Positions 8,904-18,179 of a stretch of DNA of 26,302 nt are shown piece by piece. Made by a program: the position numbers and the translations under genes. The notes below the pieces were generated by a model. The model had not been told where the DNA came from and did not search any database. It saw only the letters and a list, made by a program, of their open reading frames with translations. Source of the stretch: Candidatus Zixiibacteriota bacterium (GTDB taxonomy: Bacteria; Zixibacteria; MSB-5A5; UBA10806; 4484-95); contig JAOZPT010000036.1 in NCBI GenBank assembly GCA_029932605.1, positions 1 through 26,302 on the forward strand, read 5' to 3'. The stretch's first letter is position 1; the number at the start of each line of letters is the position of its first letter.

Positions 8904-9415
8904 GCATGTTAATATTCTATATCCTGGCGATTGTAGCGGTAGTCTCGGCTCTTATGGTAGTCACATTGAGAAATGTTTTTCATTCGGCGTTATTTTTAGT
9001 GCTGACATTGTTTTCAGTTGCTGGAATATATGTGCTATTAGAGGCTGAATTTTTAGCAGCAGTGCAGGTCTTGATCTATGTCGGTGCCATAACCATACTG
9101 ATGATTTTTGCAATCATGCTTACTTATCAAATCACCAGTAAAAGCATAAGGCAGGTAAATGAGCAGGTCATACCAGCGGTGATAATTGTGCTGGTATTTT
9201 TTGTTCTTTCACTTGTAACCTTGATTAAAACGTCCTGGCCCATCAGTAATAAAAGTTTACCCGGGAATAATACATTCGAGATTGGCAGGCAATTGCTCTC
9301 AACATACGTAATACCGTTCGAGGTGGTTTCGATAGTTCTTTTAATAGCACTGATCGGGGCAATAATAATCTCCCGCCAAGACGGGCCTAGTCGACCAGGG
9401 CAGGAGGATAGATGA
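8900..9415 (+). CDS. nuoJ: NADH-quinone oxidoreductase subunit J
   Basis: AEFLAAVQVLIYVGAI and YVIPFEVVS motifs. Confidence 0.96.
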   Translation: MSMLIFYILAIVAVVSALMVVTLRNVFHSALFLVLTLFSVAGIYVLLEAEFLAAVQVLIYVGAITILMIFAIMLTYQITSKSIRQVNEQVIPAVIIVLVFFVLSLVTLIKTSWPISNKSLPGNNTFEIGRQLLSTYVIPFEVVSIVLLIALIGAIIISRQDGPSRPGQEDR

Positions 9416-9729
9416 TGTCTGAACTTACACTTCTCCACTTTTTGATTCTGGCCGCTGTACTCTTTGCTCTGGGTATTTTCGGTTTGTTGACACGTCGGAA
9501 TGCTATCGGAATTCTGATGTCGATCGAGCTCATGTTTAATGGTGCTGCCATTAATTTTGTAGCTTTCGCCAGATATGTTGCCCCACAGGAAATTGCCGGA
9601 CAGGTTTTCACTATTTTTATCATCACTATCGCCGCCGCCGAGGCGGCTGTGGGGCTGGCAATAGTGATACTTATATATCGCAACTTTAAAGGCATTGAGG
9701 TAGACAAAATCAACTTCATGAAATGGTAG
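9412..9729 (+). CDS. nuoK: NADH-quinone oxidoreductase subunit K
   Basis: LMSIELMFN and AAAEAAVGLAI motifs. Confidence 0.96.
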   Translation: MMSELTLLHFLILAAVLFALGIFGLLTRRNAIGILMSIELMFNGAAINFVAFARYVAPQEIAGQVFTIFIITIAAAEAAVGLAIVILIYRNFKGIEVDKINFMKW

Positions 9730-9736
9730 GATAAGT

Positions 9737-11833
9737 ATGGTTGAATACAGCTGGCTGATACCTTTATTTCCTTTATTATCATTCGTGTTAATAGTCTTTT
9801 TCTTAAACCGAAATAACAGGGTCTCAAGTTATTTTGCTATAGCCATGATCCTGACCTCAATGGTTTTATCATTTAAAATCTTGGTTGAGGTGCTGGCAAA
9901 CCCTCATCCTTACGAGGCTTTTATCACCTGGTTGAGCTGGACAGGTTTTAGCCTGCCTATGGGAATTTATATCGACCCGCTGGCAGCGGTTATGCTTATA
10001 GTAGTTACCATTGTTTCCTCCCTTGTGCATATTTACTCGTTGGGGTACATGCATGGCGATCCCCGTTTCGCCAGGTTTTTTGCCTACTTATCTCTTTTCT
10101 CATTTTCAATGCTGGGACTGGTGATTGCCGGTTCCTATGTTCTTATACTTGTCTTCTGGGAATTGGTTGGACTAACATCGTATTTTTTAATCGGTTTCTG
10201 GTTTGAAAAGAAAATCGCCGCCGACGCGGGTAAGAAGGCATTTGTTACGACCAAGTTAGCTGACCTTGGTTTCTTATTAGGTTTGGTGTTAATGATATTT
10301 GTCATAGGTACTGCCACGTTGCCAGAATTGAATAAAAAGATTGAGAGTTTGAAAATCACCGCTGGTATGGTTGAGGAGAACCATTCGAGCAAACAGTTAC
10401 ATAATGCTGAAATGACGGTTCATGAGGGCGTTTCGAAACATCACAAAACCCATAACCGGACAGGGGAATCGCATGAGGTTGGGACCGCAACTCATGGCAA
10501 GGCAATAAATAAAGAGGATGCTAAACGGACGCTTATTTTAATAGGTATTGCCGGCTTATTGATGTTTATGGGTGCTTGTGGTAAATCAGCGCAGTTCCCG
10601 TTCCATGTCTGGTTGCCCGATGCTATGGAGGGTCCTACGCCTGTTTCGGCATTGATTCACGCCGCTACCATGGTCGCCGCCGGAGTGTATTTAACCGCTC
10701 GCCTGATGGGTGTGATACTGATATCACCGACTATGGGACTTGTGGTGGCCTCAATAGGCACCATTACCGCTTTCATGGCAGCCACTATCGGGCTGGTGCA
10801 AAACGATATCAAGCGGGTGCTGGCTTATTCAACCATATCTCAACTCGGTTATATGATGATGGTTCTTGGCCTTGGTGGTTATACCGCCGGCACATTTCAT
10901 CTTTATACTCATGCCTTCTTCAAAGCTTTATTGTTCTTGGCGGCTGGCTCGGTCATTCATGCGGTTCACACCAACGACATCCAGGAAATGGGTGGGTTAC
11001 ATAAAAAGATGAAAATAACCTCAATAACATTCCTTATAGCATCGCTGTCCATCTCGGGTATTTTCCCGTTTTCGGGTTTTTGGTCCAAAGATGAAATCTT
11101 CGCCGTAGCTTTCGAGGGTGGACATTATGTAATCTTGGTTATAGGAATTCTGGTGGCTTTCATGACCGCTTTTTACATGTTCCGATTATATTTCATGACA
11201 TTTACCGGCAAACCCAGAGACCAGCACGCCTATGACCATGCCCATGAGTCACCTTATAATATGACAGTGCCATTGATGATTTTTGCGTTGCTTTCGATAT
11301 TCGCCGGTTGGTGGGGAATTCCGTGGTTGCATACTAACTATGCAAGTTTTGTGTTTTTCGGCCATCCCCATCATGTCGAACCCAATATGATATTGATGCT
11401 TATCTCTCTGGTAGTAGCTTTGTCGGGTATTGGGCTGGCATACCTTATGTATTATAAAAGAGCAATTTCACCGGAGACGATGGCACAAAGGTTCAAACCT
11501 ATCTATACTCTGCTTTTCAATAAATATTATTTCGACGAAATCTATATGGCGATTATAATAAATCCGACCTACCGGCTGATGGAGATATTGTTTAAGTTTG
11601 ACCAGATCGTCATCGATGGCATGGTTAACGGCGTTGGAAAACTGACACTTTTATGGTCATGGGCGAAAGAGCGTTTCGATACTTATGTGGTTGATGGAGC
11701 GGTCAACGGTGTTGGTCATCTATCGCTGGCTACGGGAAGGGCTATAAGGAAAACCCAGACCGGCCAGTTGCAGACATACGCCCTAGTAATTTTCCTTGGT
11801 GCGGTGGTCTTGATCTTTATGAAATTTATTTGA
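9737..11833 (+). CDS. nuoL: NADH-quinone oxidoreductase subunit L (with His-rich insertion)
   Basis: WELVGLTSY, GKSAQFPFHVWLPDAMEGPTPVSALIHAATMVAAG, THAFFKALLFL and QTGQLQTYA motifs. Confidence 0.97.
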   Translation: MVEYSWLIPLFPLLSFVLIVFFLNRNNRVSSYFAIAMILTSMVLSFKILVEVLANPHPYEAFITWLSWTGFSLPMGIYIDPLAAVMLIVVTIVSSLVHIYSLGYMHGDPRFARFFAYLSLFSFSMLGLVIAGSYVLILVFWELVGLTSYFLIGFWFEKKIAADAGKKAFVTTKLADLGFLLGLVLMIFVIGTATLPELNKKIESLKITAGMVEENHSSKQLHNAEMTVHEGVSKHHKTHNRTGESHEVGTATHGKAINKEDAKRTLILIGIAGLLMFMGACGKSAQFPFHVWLPDAMEGPTPVSALIHAATMVAAGVYLTARLMGVILISPTMGLVVASIGTITAFMAATIGLVQNDIKRVLAYSTISQLGYMMMVLGLGGYTAGTFHLYTHAFFKALLFLAAGSVIHAVHTNDIQEMGGLHKKMKITSITFLIASLSISGIFPFSGFWSKDEIFAVAFEGGHYVILVIGILVAFMTAFYMFRLYFMTFTGKPRDQHAYDHAHESPYNMTVPLMIFALLSIFAGWWGIPWLHTNYASFVFFGHPHHVEPNMILMLISLVVALSGIGLAYLMYYKRAISPETMAQRFKPIYTLLFNKYYFDEIYMAIIINPTYRLMEILFKFDQIVIDGMVNGVGKLTLLWSWAKERFDTYVVDGAVNGVGHLSLATGRAIRKTQTGQLQTYALVIFLGAVVLIFMKFI

Positions 11834-11847
11834 TAGAGGAGGACTAA

Positions 11848-13320
11848 GTGGACTTTCCAATATTGACATTTTTAACGTTTTTCCCGCTGGTCGGAATGAT
11901 AGCAGTGATGCTTCTAAAAAAAGAGAATGTTGGTGCTATAAGATGGACATCGGTTTTCTTTACGTTCGTTACTTTGATAGGGGCTATATTTCTGGTGGCA
12001 AATTACGACTACTCGACCTCAAAAATGCAGTTCATCGAACGGTACACCTGGTTCCCCGAGGTTGGCATTAATTACTTTATGGGAGCCGATGGCATTTCGG
12101 TACCGATGCTTTTCTTGACGGCACTTTTGTCGTTCTTATCAATCGTCGGTTCTTTCGGCATTAAAGAACGCGTTAAAGAATATTTCGCCTGGTTTTTACT
12201 GTTGGAGGTTGGCATGATGGGAGTGTTCTGCTCCCTTGATTTCTTCCTGTTTTATGTGTTCTGGGAGGTCATGCTTGTGCCAATGTATTTCCTTATCGGT
12301 GTTTGGGGTGGTCCACGGCGAGAGTACGCAGCAATCAAGTTCTTTTTATACACATTGTTCGGCTCAATCTTTATGTTGGTAGGTATCCTGGCATTGTATT
12401 TCACTACCGGCACATTAAATATGATGGAGCTTATCGCACAGAACAATATTTACAACCATGTTTTTCAGCTCTGGGTATTTGCGGCTTTCTTTATCGCTTT
12501 TGCCATTAAGGTTCCCATCTGGCCATTCCATACATGGTTACCAGATGCTCACGTTGAGGCGCCAACGGCGGTTTCAGTCATCCTAGCCGGTATCCTACTG
12601 AAAATGGGAACATACGGCTTTCTCCGGATAAGCTTCCCGATGTTTCCCTATGCCGTGAAATACTATGCAGTACCGCTTGCCATTCTTGGTTTAATCAGCA
12701 TTATATACGGCGCATTAGTTTCAATGGCCCAGAAAGATTTGAAAAAGCTGGTGGCTTACTCGTCGGTGTCGCATATGGGTTATTGTATGTTGGGGATGGC
12801 CGCCATCACCACAGTTGGCATTTCCGGTTGTTTGTTTCAGATGTTTTCCCACGGTTTAATTACAGGTGCCCTCTTTTTACTTGTGGGCGTTATATATGAC
12901 AGAGCTCACACTCGCGAGATCGCCGCTTTTGGAGGATTAGGAGTAAAGCTACCTGTTTACACCGGTATATTCGTCTTATTCTGTATGGCTTCACTCGGCC
13001 TTCCCGGCATGTCTGGTTTCGTCTCCGAATTTATGGTATTTGTCGGTTCGTTTAATTCAATTTACATTCATAAGTGGATAGTAATAACCGCTGTTTTAGG
13101 AGTTATCCTGACCGCCGCTTACTTTTTAAGGACTATTCAAAGTATGTTTTTAGGACAGTTTAATACACGCTGGGAGGGATTGACCGAGATAAATGGCAGA
13201 GAGATATTTACGGTGTTCCCATTGGCTGTATTCACATTGTTGATAGGTATCTATCCGAAAACCTTAAATATCTTTTTGAAAGCAACTGTCGAAAATTTAG
13301 TGAGGATGTTAACTGGTTAA
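11848..13320 (+). CDS. nuoM: NADH-quinone oxidoreductase subunit M
   Basis: GTG start with GGAGG SD; FYVFWEVML, KVPIWPFHTWLPDAHVEAP and AYSSVSHMG motifs. Confidence 0.97.
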   Translation: MDFPILTFLTFFPLVGMIAVMLLKKENVGAIRWTSVFFTFVTLIGAIFLVANYDYSTSKMQFIERYTWFPEVGINYFMGADGISVPMLFLTALLSFLSIVGSFGIKERVKEYFAWFLLLEVGMMGVFCSLDFFLFYVFWEVMLVPMYFLIGVWGGPRREYAAIKFFLYTLFGSIFMLVGILALYFTTGTLNMMELIAQNNIYNHVFQLWVFAAFFIAFAIKVPIWPFHTWLPDAHVEAPTAVSVILAGILLKMGTYGFLRISFPMFPYAVKYYAVPLAILGLISIIYGALVSMAQKDLKKLVAYSSVSHMGYCMLGMAAITTVGISGCLFQMFSHGLITGALFLLVGVIYDRAHTREIAAFGGLGVKLPVYTGIFVLFCMASLGLPGMSGFVSEFMVFVGSFNSIYIHKWIVITAVLGVILTAAYFLRTIQSMFLGQFNTRWEGLTEINGREIFTVFPLAVFTLLIGIYPKTLNIFLKATVENLVRMLTG

Positions 13321-13391
13321 TAGAAAAATATGGTATCTTACAATAAGAAAACTATTCTGGTTCAAACGCATGGTGTTAAGGCGGGTTAGAT

Positions 13392-14813
13392 ATGAATTTT
13401 AGGTTGATCGCCCCGGAGGTGTTTCTCTTTCTATGGGCATTGTTTGTGCTCTTTGTAGATCTTAAAAACCGGGATAAACATCCAAAGCAGACAGGCATGC
13501 TGGCTTTAGTGGGTTTGTTTGTAGCATTATATTTGAATTTAACCACGCCTGATGGGACATTTTTCGGTAGGACGTTTTTATCAGACACTTATGCTCGCGC
13601 TTTTAAATTGATTTTTTTAACCACTGCCATACTAACAGTATTTGGTTCGGTTGATTTTGCCATCAAGCGACTTGAACACCGGGGCGAGTTCTACGGGCTG
13701 TTACTTTTTTGTACTGTGGGTATGATGTTTTTAGCCTCCGCCGGTGAATTGATATCGATGTATGTTGCCTTAGAGCTATCAACAATTTCACTTTATATTC
13801 TGGCGACTTATATGAAAAAGGATTTGAAATCGACCGAGGCGGGTTTAAAATATTTGATTCTAGGTGCCACATCGTCAGGCATACTCCTTTACGGGCTTTC
13901 GTTGATTTATGGTTTAACCGGAACAACGGTGATGAGTGAAATAGGTATTAGGTTGTTTATGGGACCGGGCACAAAACCAGCAGCATTTTTCGCCATAGTG
14001 ATGTTTGTGGCTGGTTTCGGTTTTAAATTAGCAGCTGCGCCCTTTCATATGTGGGCTCCCGATGTCTACGAGGGTGCACCTACACCGGTAACTGCATTTT
14101 TATCCGTCGCTTCCAAGGCAGCTGGTCTGGTGGCTTTAGTAAGGCTGTTTTTTGAATCGCTATTAATTGCCAAATCTGAATGGGTGGTGATTATCGAGGT
14201 GGTGGCAATTCTGGCCATGGTTGTCGGCAATGTTGTAGCTCTGCTTCAAAAAAATATCAAACGAATGCTGGCTTATTCGTCTATTGCACAGGTGGGATAT
14301 ATACTGGTAGCTTTATCAGCAGGTATTGATCTGTCGGTTGGCTCAATGATGATATTCTTGCTGGCATATATGTTTGCCAATATCGGAGCTTTCATCGTCG
14401 TTATCGCTTTCTCCAACGCCACCAACTCTGACCAGATCGAAGACTATGGCGGTCTGATGAGAAAATCTCCGGCAGTAGCGGTGGTTATGTCAATATTCAT
14501 GTTGTCATTGGTCGGTATACCCCCAACCGGCGGTTTTTTGGGTAAATACTGGGTTTTGGGGGCAGCTGTTAAAGAGGGTTTGTATGGAATTGTAATAATA
14601 GCCCTGTTGACCTCGGTTATTTCGTTGTTTTACTATATGAACGTGGTAAGGGTTATGGTCTTCCTCAAACCCAAAGATAACAGCAGTATGGTTGTACCGT
14701 GGATGATAAAGATCGGTTTAGCGGTAAGTGTTATCATGGTCTTAGTAATTGGTATTCTGCCGAATACGTTTTATAAATGGGGGCTTTTAGCATCCACGAT
14801 ATTCAGATTTTGA
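13392..14813 (+). CDS. nuoN: NADH-quinone oxidoreductase subunit N
   Basis: EAGLKYLILG, FKLAAAPFHMWAPDVYEGAPTP and KRMLAYSSIAQVG motifs. Confidence 0.97.
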   Translation: MNFRLIAPEVFLFLWALFVLFVDLKNRDKHPKQTGMLALVGLFVALYLNLTTPDGTFFGRTFLSDTYARAFKLIFLTTAILTVFGSVDFAIKRLEHRGEFYGLLLFCTVGMMFLASAGELISMYVALELSTISLYILATYMKKDLKSTEAGLKYLILGATSSGILLYGLSLIYGLTGTTVMSEIGIRLFMGPGTKPAAFFAIVMFVAGFGFKLAAAPFHMWAPDVYEGAPTPVTAFLSVASKAAGLVALVRLFFESLLIAKSEWVVIIEVVAILAMVVGNVVALLQKNIKRMLAYSSIAQVGYILVALSAGIDLSVGSMMIFLLAYMFANIGAFIVVIAFSNATNSDQIEDYGGLMRKSPAVAVVMSIFMLSLVGIPPTGGFLGKYWVLGAAVKEGLYGIVIIALLTSVISLFYYMNVVRVMVFLKPKDNSSMVVPWMIKIGLAVSVIMVLVIGILPNTFYKWGLLASTIFRF

Positions 14814-14964
14814 AAAAATACAAAAATATCATTTCCTGATGATATCTTGTTTAATAAAGATATGTTATTATTTGCTTGTGAAGTAAAATTATATACCGAA
14901 TAAATAAGTATGAGGGTAGTTTTCTGGTTTGTTTAAAAGGTACGATAGCGGGCGTTTATTGTTA

Positions 14965-14993
14965 TTGACTTGTAACCGGTTCTGATTAATAAT
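14965..14993 (+). promoter_or_regulatory. Putative sigma70 promoter giving a leaderless DUF502 transcript
   Basis: TTGACT-N17-AATAAT-N7-ATG(15001); no SD. Confidence 0.5.
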
Positions 14994-15000
14994 TATATAT

Positions 15001-15726
15001 ATGGGATTTGCCAGCGAGTCAAAGAGGATTCTGCGAAACAGGTTTATATCGGGCCTATTGGTTATTGTCCCGTTGATTCTGACATTTGTCCTTCTGCGGG
15101 CGCTGGTAGAATCGATAGATGGATTTCTAAGACCTCTGGTAATTAAAATCCTTGGCCATGCCTATGATTTTCCACTCATTGGAGTTATCGTTACATTTGC
15201 CATAATCATCCTTACCGGCATATTCACGGCTAACGTCGTTGGAGCGAGATTTATCAAGCTCTGGGAAAGGTTCCTTCTCAAAATACCGATAGTAAACTTT
15301 ATTTATGGATCGGCAAAACAACTTATACAGGCACTTACTATGCCCCAAAAGAAGGCTTTTAAATCAGTGGTCATGGTAGAGTACCCCCGCCGGGGTGTAT
15401 ATGCTCTGGGTTTTCTGGTTAACAGGGTAACGCTGGAAAAACCACCAGAGATTGAACATTTTTCAGAAGATATGGACAAATCCTCCAGGGGCAGAACATC
15501 GGATGGCCGTAATATGGTAAGTGTTTTTGTCCCCTCAACACCAACACCGGTATCGGGTATTGTTATACTTTTCCCCGAGGAGGAGGTAACTCACCTTAAT
15601 ATGACAATCGAAGAAGGGATAAAGTTTTTTGTTTCGGGAGGTATAATATCTCCAGAGTATCTTTATTCTAAGATTGATTACCAAAGCAAGAAAGAGGAAA
15701 GTTATATTAAAAACGGGCATGTCTGA
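15001..15726 (+). CDS. DUF502 family membrane protein
   Basis: FISGLLVIVPL, KIPIVNFIYGSAKQL, VEYPRRG and VFVPSTPTPVSG motifs. Confidence 0.9.
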   Translation: MGFASESKRILRNRFISGLLVIVPLILTFVLLRALVESIDGFLRPLVIKILGHAYDFPLIGVIVTFAIIILTGIFTANVVGARFIKLWERFLLKIPIVNFIYGSAKQLIQALTMPQKKAFKSVVMVEYPRRGVYALGFLVNRVTLEKPPEIEHFSEDMDKSSRGRTSDGRNMVSVFVPSTPTPVSGIVILFPEEEVTHLNMTIEEGIKFFVSGGIISPEYLYSKIDYQSKKEESYIKNGHV

Positions 15727-16631
15727 TGAAACTAAGTAAAGCTTTTAAACAGGACCTTATAAAGACCATTGTGAAAGCCAACTCAAAGGAAGATGCAGTC
15801 GATCAACTGGCGGAGCTATTTTGTGAAAAATATCCTGATAAGAGCAAGAAAGAGATAATAAAAGCGGTTAACGAAAGGGAGAAACTTGGCAATACTTCGA
15901 TAGGTAGAGGAATTGCATTTCCGCATGCCAGAACTGATATTGTAACAGATATTTATGTGGTGCTTGGTATTATACCCAATGGAATTCATACAAGCACCCC
16001 GGATGGTAAACCTTTACATATCGTGGTCTTAATTCTTACCCCGAGGAATATCCCGAAGAGATATTTGCAGACATTATCGGGGCTGGCCAAACTGTTCAGA
16101 CATGCTGATATTATATCGAATCTATTGAAAGCAAGCTCACCGGCCGAAGTTATAGACATAATCGATAAAACCGATATCCAGGTTGAAAAAATTCTCACGG
16201 TTGGCGATATAATGACTACTGAGCCGGTGACGGTTACTCTTGATAATACTCTTAAGGATGTCGTTAATATATTTTTTAAATATAAAATAAGTGGTCTGCC
16301 TGTAGTTGACAGCTCTGGTAAGCTTACTGGTGAGATATCCGATACCGATCTATTGAAATATGCTCTTCCCAATTATAAAAGCTTTATCGCCAACATCGCC
16401 AACATAACGGAGGTTGAATCATTCGAGGATATTCTGCGCAGAGAGCATTCGATGGCTGTTTCCAAGTTGATGAGAAAAGCTCCGGCAATTGTCGATATCG
16501 ATGCTCCGGTTGTTGAAGCCGCCGCCTTAATGCTTTTTAAAAAAACTGAGAGGGTAATGGTTTTAAACAATGGTAAACTGGTCGGTGTAGTGACAAAATC
16601 GGATATCATATCGAAGATTATCAGAGGTTGA
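15726..16631 (+). CDS. PTS EIIA (Ntr/Fru-type) domain fused to a tandem CBS pair
   Basis: EREKLGNTSIGRGIAFPHAR (phospho-His motif), then TVGDIMT...ISGLPVVD...GEISDTD and RVMVLNNGKLVGVVTKSD CBS motifs. Confidence 0.9.
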   Translation: MKLSKAFKQDLIKTIVKANSKEDAVDQLAELFCEKYPDKSKKEIIKAVNEREKLGNTSIGRGIAFPHARTDIVTDIYVVLGIIPNGIHTSTPDGKPLHIVVLILTPRNIPKRYLQTLSGLAKLFRHADIISNLLKASSPAEVIDIIDKTDIQVEKILTVGDIMTTEPVTVTLDNTLKDVVNIFFKYKISGLPVVDSSGKLTGEISDTDLLKYALPNYKSFIANIANITEVESFEDILRREHSMAVSKLMRKAPAIVDIDAPVVEAAALMLFKKTERVMVLNNGKLVGVVTKSDIISKIIRG

Positions 16632-16632
16632 T

Positions 16633-17838
16633 TTGCTTGATGGCATAAAGGAGCTATCAGCTGAAGCGGCAAAGTCTTCAGCCTGGAATGCTATATGGAC
16701 ATTTCCCTCGATTGTAGGAGCTGCGTTGGTTATCGCCTGGGGAGCAGAATCGGCACAGTTTCTGGTTTCCCAGGGATTCGCTTTAACCATCTTAGCCTTA
16801 ATACAAACTCTTCCTGAATTTGCAGTCGAGGGGGTCATCGCCTGGAGAGCAGGTCAGGTCCCAACTCCGGAGAATATCGGGCTGGCTACTGCCAATTTCA
16901 CCGGCGCCTTGAGATTGTTGGTGGGATTGGGCTGGCCGTTGATATACTACATTTCCGCTCTTTTTAATCTGAAGAAAAGAAAACGCCAGAGAAGTTTTGG
17001 GGCTATCAGACTCGATAAGGAACATTCCGTTGAACTGATGGGAGTTTTTATACCCACCTTGTATTTATTTGTAATTGTCCTTAAAGCCAGGTTGACATTA
17101 CTTGATAGTGCGGTTCTAATAAGCCTATACCTTATTTATATTTCGATATTGCTTCACCTTCCCCCGAAAAAAGCTCAAAAGAATGTGGAGGTCGAGCCCA
17201 TACCAAAATTTATTCTCGGCCAGCCACACCTAAGAAGAAATACGCTTATATGGGGCTGTTTTTTAGCCGGAGCGATTGCCATTTACTTTATAGCCAATCC
17301 TTTTCTTGAGAGCATGCTTGGCCTTTCCATTGTAATCGGAGTGCCAACATTTATATTTATACAGTGGGTAGCGCCCTTTCTGTCCGAATTTCCCGAAAAA
17401 GTGTCTGCCTTTTATTGGGCTAAATCGGTGGATAAATCACCCATGGCTTTGATGAATATGACCTCCTCGGTTATTGCTGAATTGACATTGCTGGTAGCAC
17501 TGATTCCGGTTGTTTTTTGCATTTCGCGGGGTGGTATATACGGTATTGATTTCGATATTCATCATCGGGTGGAAATCCTCTTGACAGCTATGCAGGCACT
17601 ACTGGGTTTTTTAATTTTGGCCAATATGGAATTCAGGGCTTACGAGGCTGTAGGGTTGTTTCTTTTGTGGTTTGTACAATTTCTTATACCGTCTATAAGG
17701 GAAGAGATACTTATAGTCTATGCCGGTTGGATTGTTCTGGAAATCGTGCTGGGGTTTGCAGGGGTAAGGAAGTTAAATGCGTTTAAAGAATTCAAAGTGA
17801 TTATCAGAAAATATATCATGAAACCAAAATCAACTTGA
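16633..17838 (+). CDS. CaCA-superfamily cation antiporter (Na+/Ca2+ or Ca2+/H+ exchanger-like)
   Basis: TTG start with GAGG SD; many hydrophobic segments; alpha-1 (QTLPEFAVE...ANFTGA) and alpha-2 (PFLSEFPEK...MNMTSS) repeats. Confidence 0.82.
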   Translation: MLDGIKELSAEAAKSSAWNAIWTFPSIVGAALVIAWGAESAQFLVSQGFALTILALIQTLPEFAVEGVIAWRAGQVPTPENIGLATANFTGALRLLVGLGWPLIYYISALFNLKKRKRQRSFGAIRLDKEHSVELMGVFIPTLYLFVIVLKARLTLLDSAVLISLYLIYISILLHLPPKKAQKNVEVEPIPKFILGQPHLRRNTLIWGCFLAGAIAIYFIANPFLESMLGLSIVIGVPTFIFIQWVAPFLSEFPEKVSAFYWAKSVDKSPMALMNMTSSVIAELTLLVALIPVVFCISRGGIYGIDFDIHHRVEILLTAMQALLGFLILANMEFRAYEAVGLFLLWFVQFLIPSIREEILIVYAGWIVLEIVLGFAGVRKLNAFKEFKVIIRKYIMKPKST

Positions 17839-17865
17839 TCGATTGTTTGTATTATCAATAAAAAC

Positions 17866-17894
17866 TTGACCTTTAGACAGCATGTCTTTAAAAT
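17866..17894 (+). promoter_or_regulatory. Sigma70 promoter upstream of the CNNM/HlyC gene, palindrome in spacer
   Basis: TTGACC-N17-TAAAAT; spacer contains AGACA-GCA-TGTCT (17875-17887). Confidence 0.65.
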
Positions 17895-17918
17895 CAGAGA
17901 AGTGATATTAAGGTTATA

Positions 17919-18035
17919 ATGGAGAAATATGTGGATGGTGTGAAAATAATATTCATTCTGGTATTGTTAAAGGTCTTACCTGTATTTACTGAGGATTTAA
18001 TTGATGTAAACCAGAGGATGTTGTTTCTTTTATGA
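17919..18035 (+). CDS. Possible 38-aa small membrane protein or upstream ORF
   Basis: TAAGG SD, ATG about 25 nt after the -10 box; MEKYVDGVKIIFILVLLKVLPVFTEDLIDVNQRMLFLL, with one hydrophobic stretch. Confidence 0.3.
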   Translation: MEKYVDGVKIIFILVLLKVLPVFTEDLIDVNQRMLFLL

Positions 18036-18179
18036 TTATATCAGTTTTTTATTCTGTCATTCGCTGGTTTTCCGATAAAGTAATTTTGCATACGTACCTG
18101 GTCAAACCTTCGACGGATGATAGCTGTTTAACCGAGGCGTTTTGTCATGTCTTGTGTATTGCGGGAGCGTGATTAACTG

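Noticed and set aside
14826..14863. AT-rich inverted repeats after nuoN as a terminator
   Set aside because: The 7-bp stems are nearly all A/T and too weak to call.
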